IMG/VR virus record: IMGVR_UViG_3300046792_000297
Coordinates: 39,955-103,954 of that record
From: a virus
Reading direction: 5' to 3' (one strand)
Length of the DNA: 64,000 bases
The notes under the pieces were generated by a model. It had not been told where the DNA came from, did not search any database, and saw only the letters and a program-made list of their open reading frames with translations. The position numbers and the translations under genes are program-made. This document shows, piece after piece, positions 63,469-64,000 of this stretch; the first letter of the stretch is position 1; each line of letters begins with the position of its first letter.

Positions 63469-63755
63469 TCGGTGTCCTTGTAGAACAGCAGCAGCCAGGA
63501 TGCGTAGGGCTCGGCGTGGACGCCTCTCACGCGGGTCATACCGGACAGCGGGAACTCGCCATAGTTATCGGTCGATTCGACCACCAGTTCGTTGACTGCG
63601 CCGAACGGCGTCTCTTCGAGCACCACGCCCGCCGCCGCCCGCCCGTAGCCCTTCTCCTTGCAAGTCTTGCCATCCCATACCGGCACGCTCATGCCGGGGA
63701 TGAGGGCCTGCACCGCTTTCGCGAACTTCAGCGCCTGTTTCTCGGATGCCGTCAT
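63465..63755 (-). CDS. Hypothetical protein
   Basis: AAGGAG RBS. Confidence 0.65.
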   Translation of the reverse strand: MTASEKQALKFAKAVQALIPGMSVPVWDGKTCKEKGYGRAAAGVVLEETPFGAVNELVVESTDNYGEFPLSGMTRVRGVHAEPYASWLLLFYKDTE

Positions 63756-63763
63756 CGTTCTCC

Positions 63764-63979
63764 TTACTGAATGTGAACCGTGTCGCCGTTGGGTGCGACC
63801 GCCACGTAGCCGAACAGGCTGGTGTCCGTTCTCACCTTGTGCTCGGGGCCGAAACTTCTATCGGCCAATCTGCCGAACAGCTTCAGGTAATCCGTGTGCG
63901 TGGTGACGTTGGTCTGGCCGATGACCGTTTCGATCAGTTGGCCGTGCTCCAGGGTGGTCAGTACAATGTCTGCTTTCAT
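63764..63979 (-). CDS. Hypothetical protein
   Basis: GGAG RBS. Confidence 0.6.
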   Translation of the reverse strand: MKADIVLTTLEHGQLIETVIGQTNVTTHTDYLKLFGRLADRSFGPEHKVRTDTSLFGYVAVAPNGDTVHIQ

Positions 63980-64000
63980 TTCTCACTCCAGATATAGAAT

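Larger units (their letters stand above)
1..64000. mobile_element. Tailed phage/prophage genome segment (contractile-tail myovirus, DUF2213/DUF2184/DUF3383-type morphogenesis module)
   Basis: Canonical order portal-(accessory)-MuF-protease/scaffold-cement-capsid-neck-sheath-tube-chaperones-tape measure-baseplate-fibre on +, then many small minus-strand phage early genes; no host housekeeping genes. Confidence 0.96.

Noticed and set aside
1-64000. Alternative genetic code, tRNAs, integrase/att sites
   Set aside because: All three stop codons end well-supported genes; no tRNA-like or integrase sequence was recognised, so lifestyle is undetermined.

Overview
This window is most of a GC-rich tailed phage or prophage genome with a contractile-tail (myovirus) morphogenesis module of the DUF1073 portal / MuF / DUF2213 protease-scaffold / DUF2184 capsid / DUF3383 sheath / baseplate-J type. 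It runs from the portal C-terminus through head, neck, tail and baseplate genes (+ strand, 1-40.6 kb). The rest is a mostly minus-strand early region: RecT-like annealase, exonuclease, HTH proteins, ParB/methyltransferase/radical-SAM genes, HNH and Uma2 nucleases, a clamp-loader-like ATPase and an isolated lysozyme. No terminase, integrase, polymerase, tRNA or CRISPR array was seen. Family calls come from motifs read by eye, not database searches. The host may be Acidobacteriota (weak inference). Main observations: (1) A 16-kb block between portal and MuF encodes five unrelated enzymes: an ADP-ribosyltransferase, a HipA/PI3K-like kinase, a zeta-toxin kinase, an inorganic-pyrophosphatase-like protein and topoisomerase IB. 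All five share an N-terminal leader ending in A-x-D, four also carry an FxE...R...G(Q/K)F-type motif, and several are coupled to tiny acidic partner genes. This is a candidate modular capsid-addressed, protease-matured effector injection system. (2) A 13-bp AT-rich palindrome AATAATnATTATT recurs about every 1.6-5.4 kb across the window, including inside genes where it coincides with rare codons. (3) Two giant Cys-rich fibre/depolymerase-like proteins have signal peptides. (4) Three long-stem branched RNA structures sit just before ribosome-binding sites in the early transcripts.
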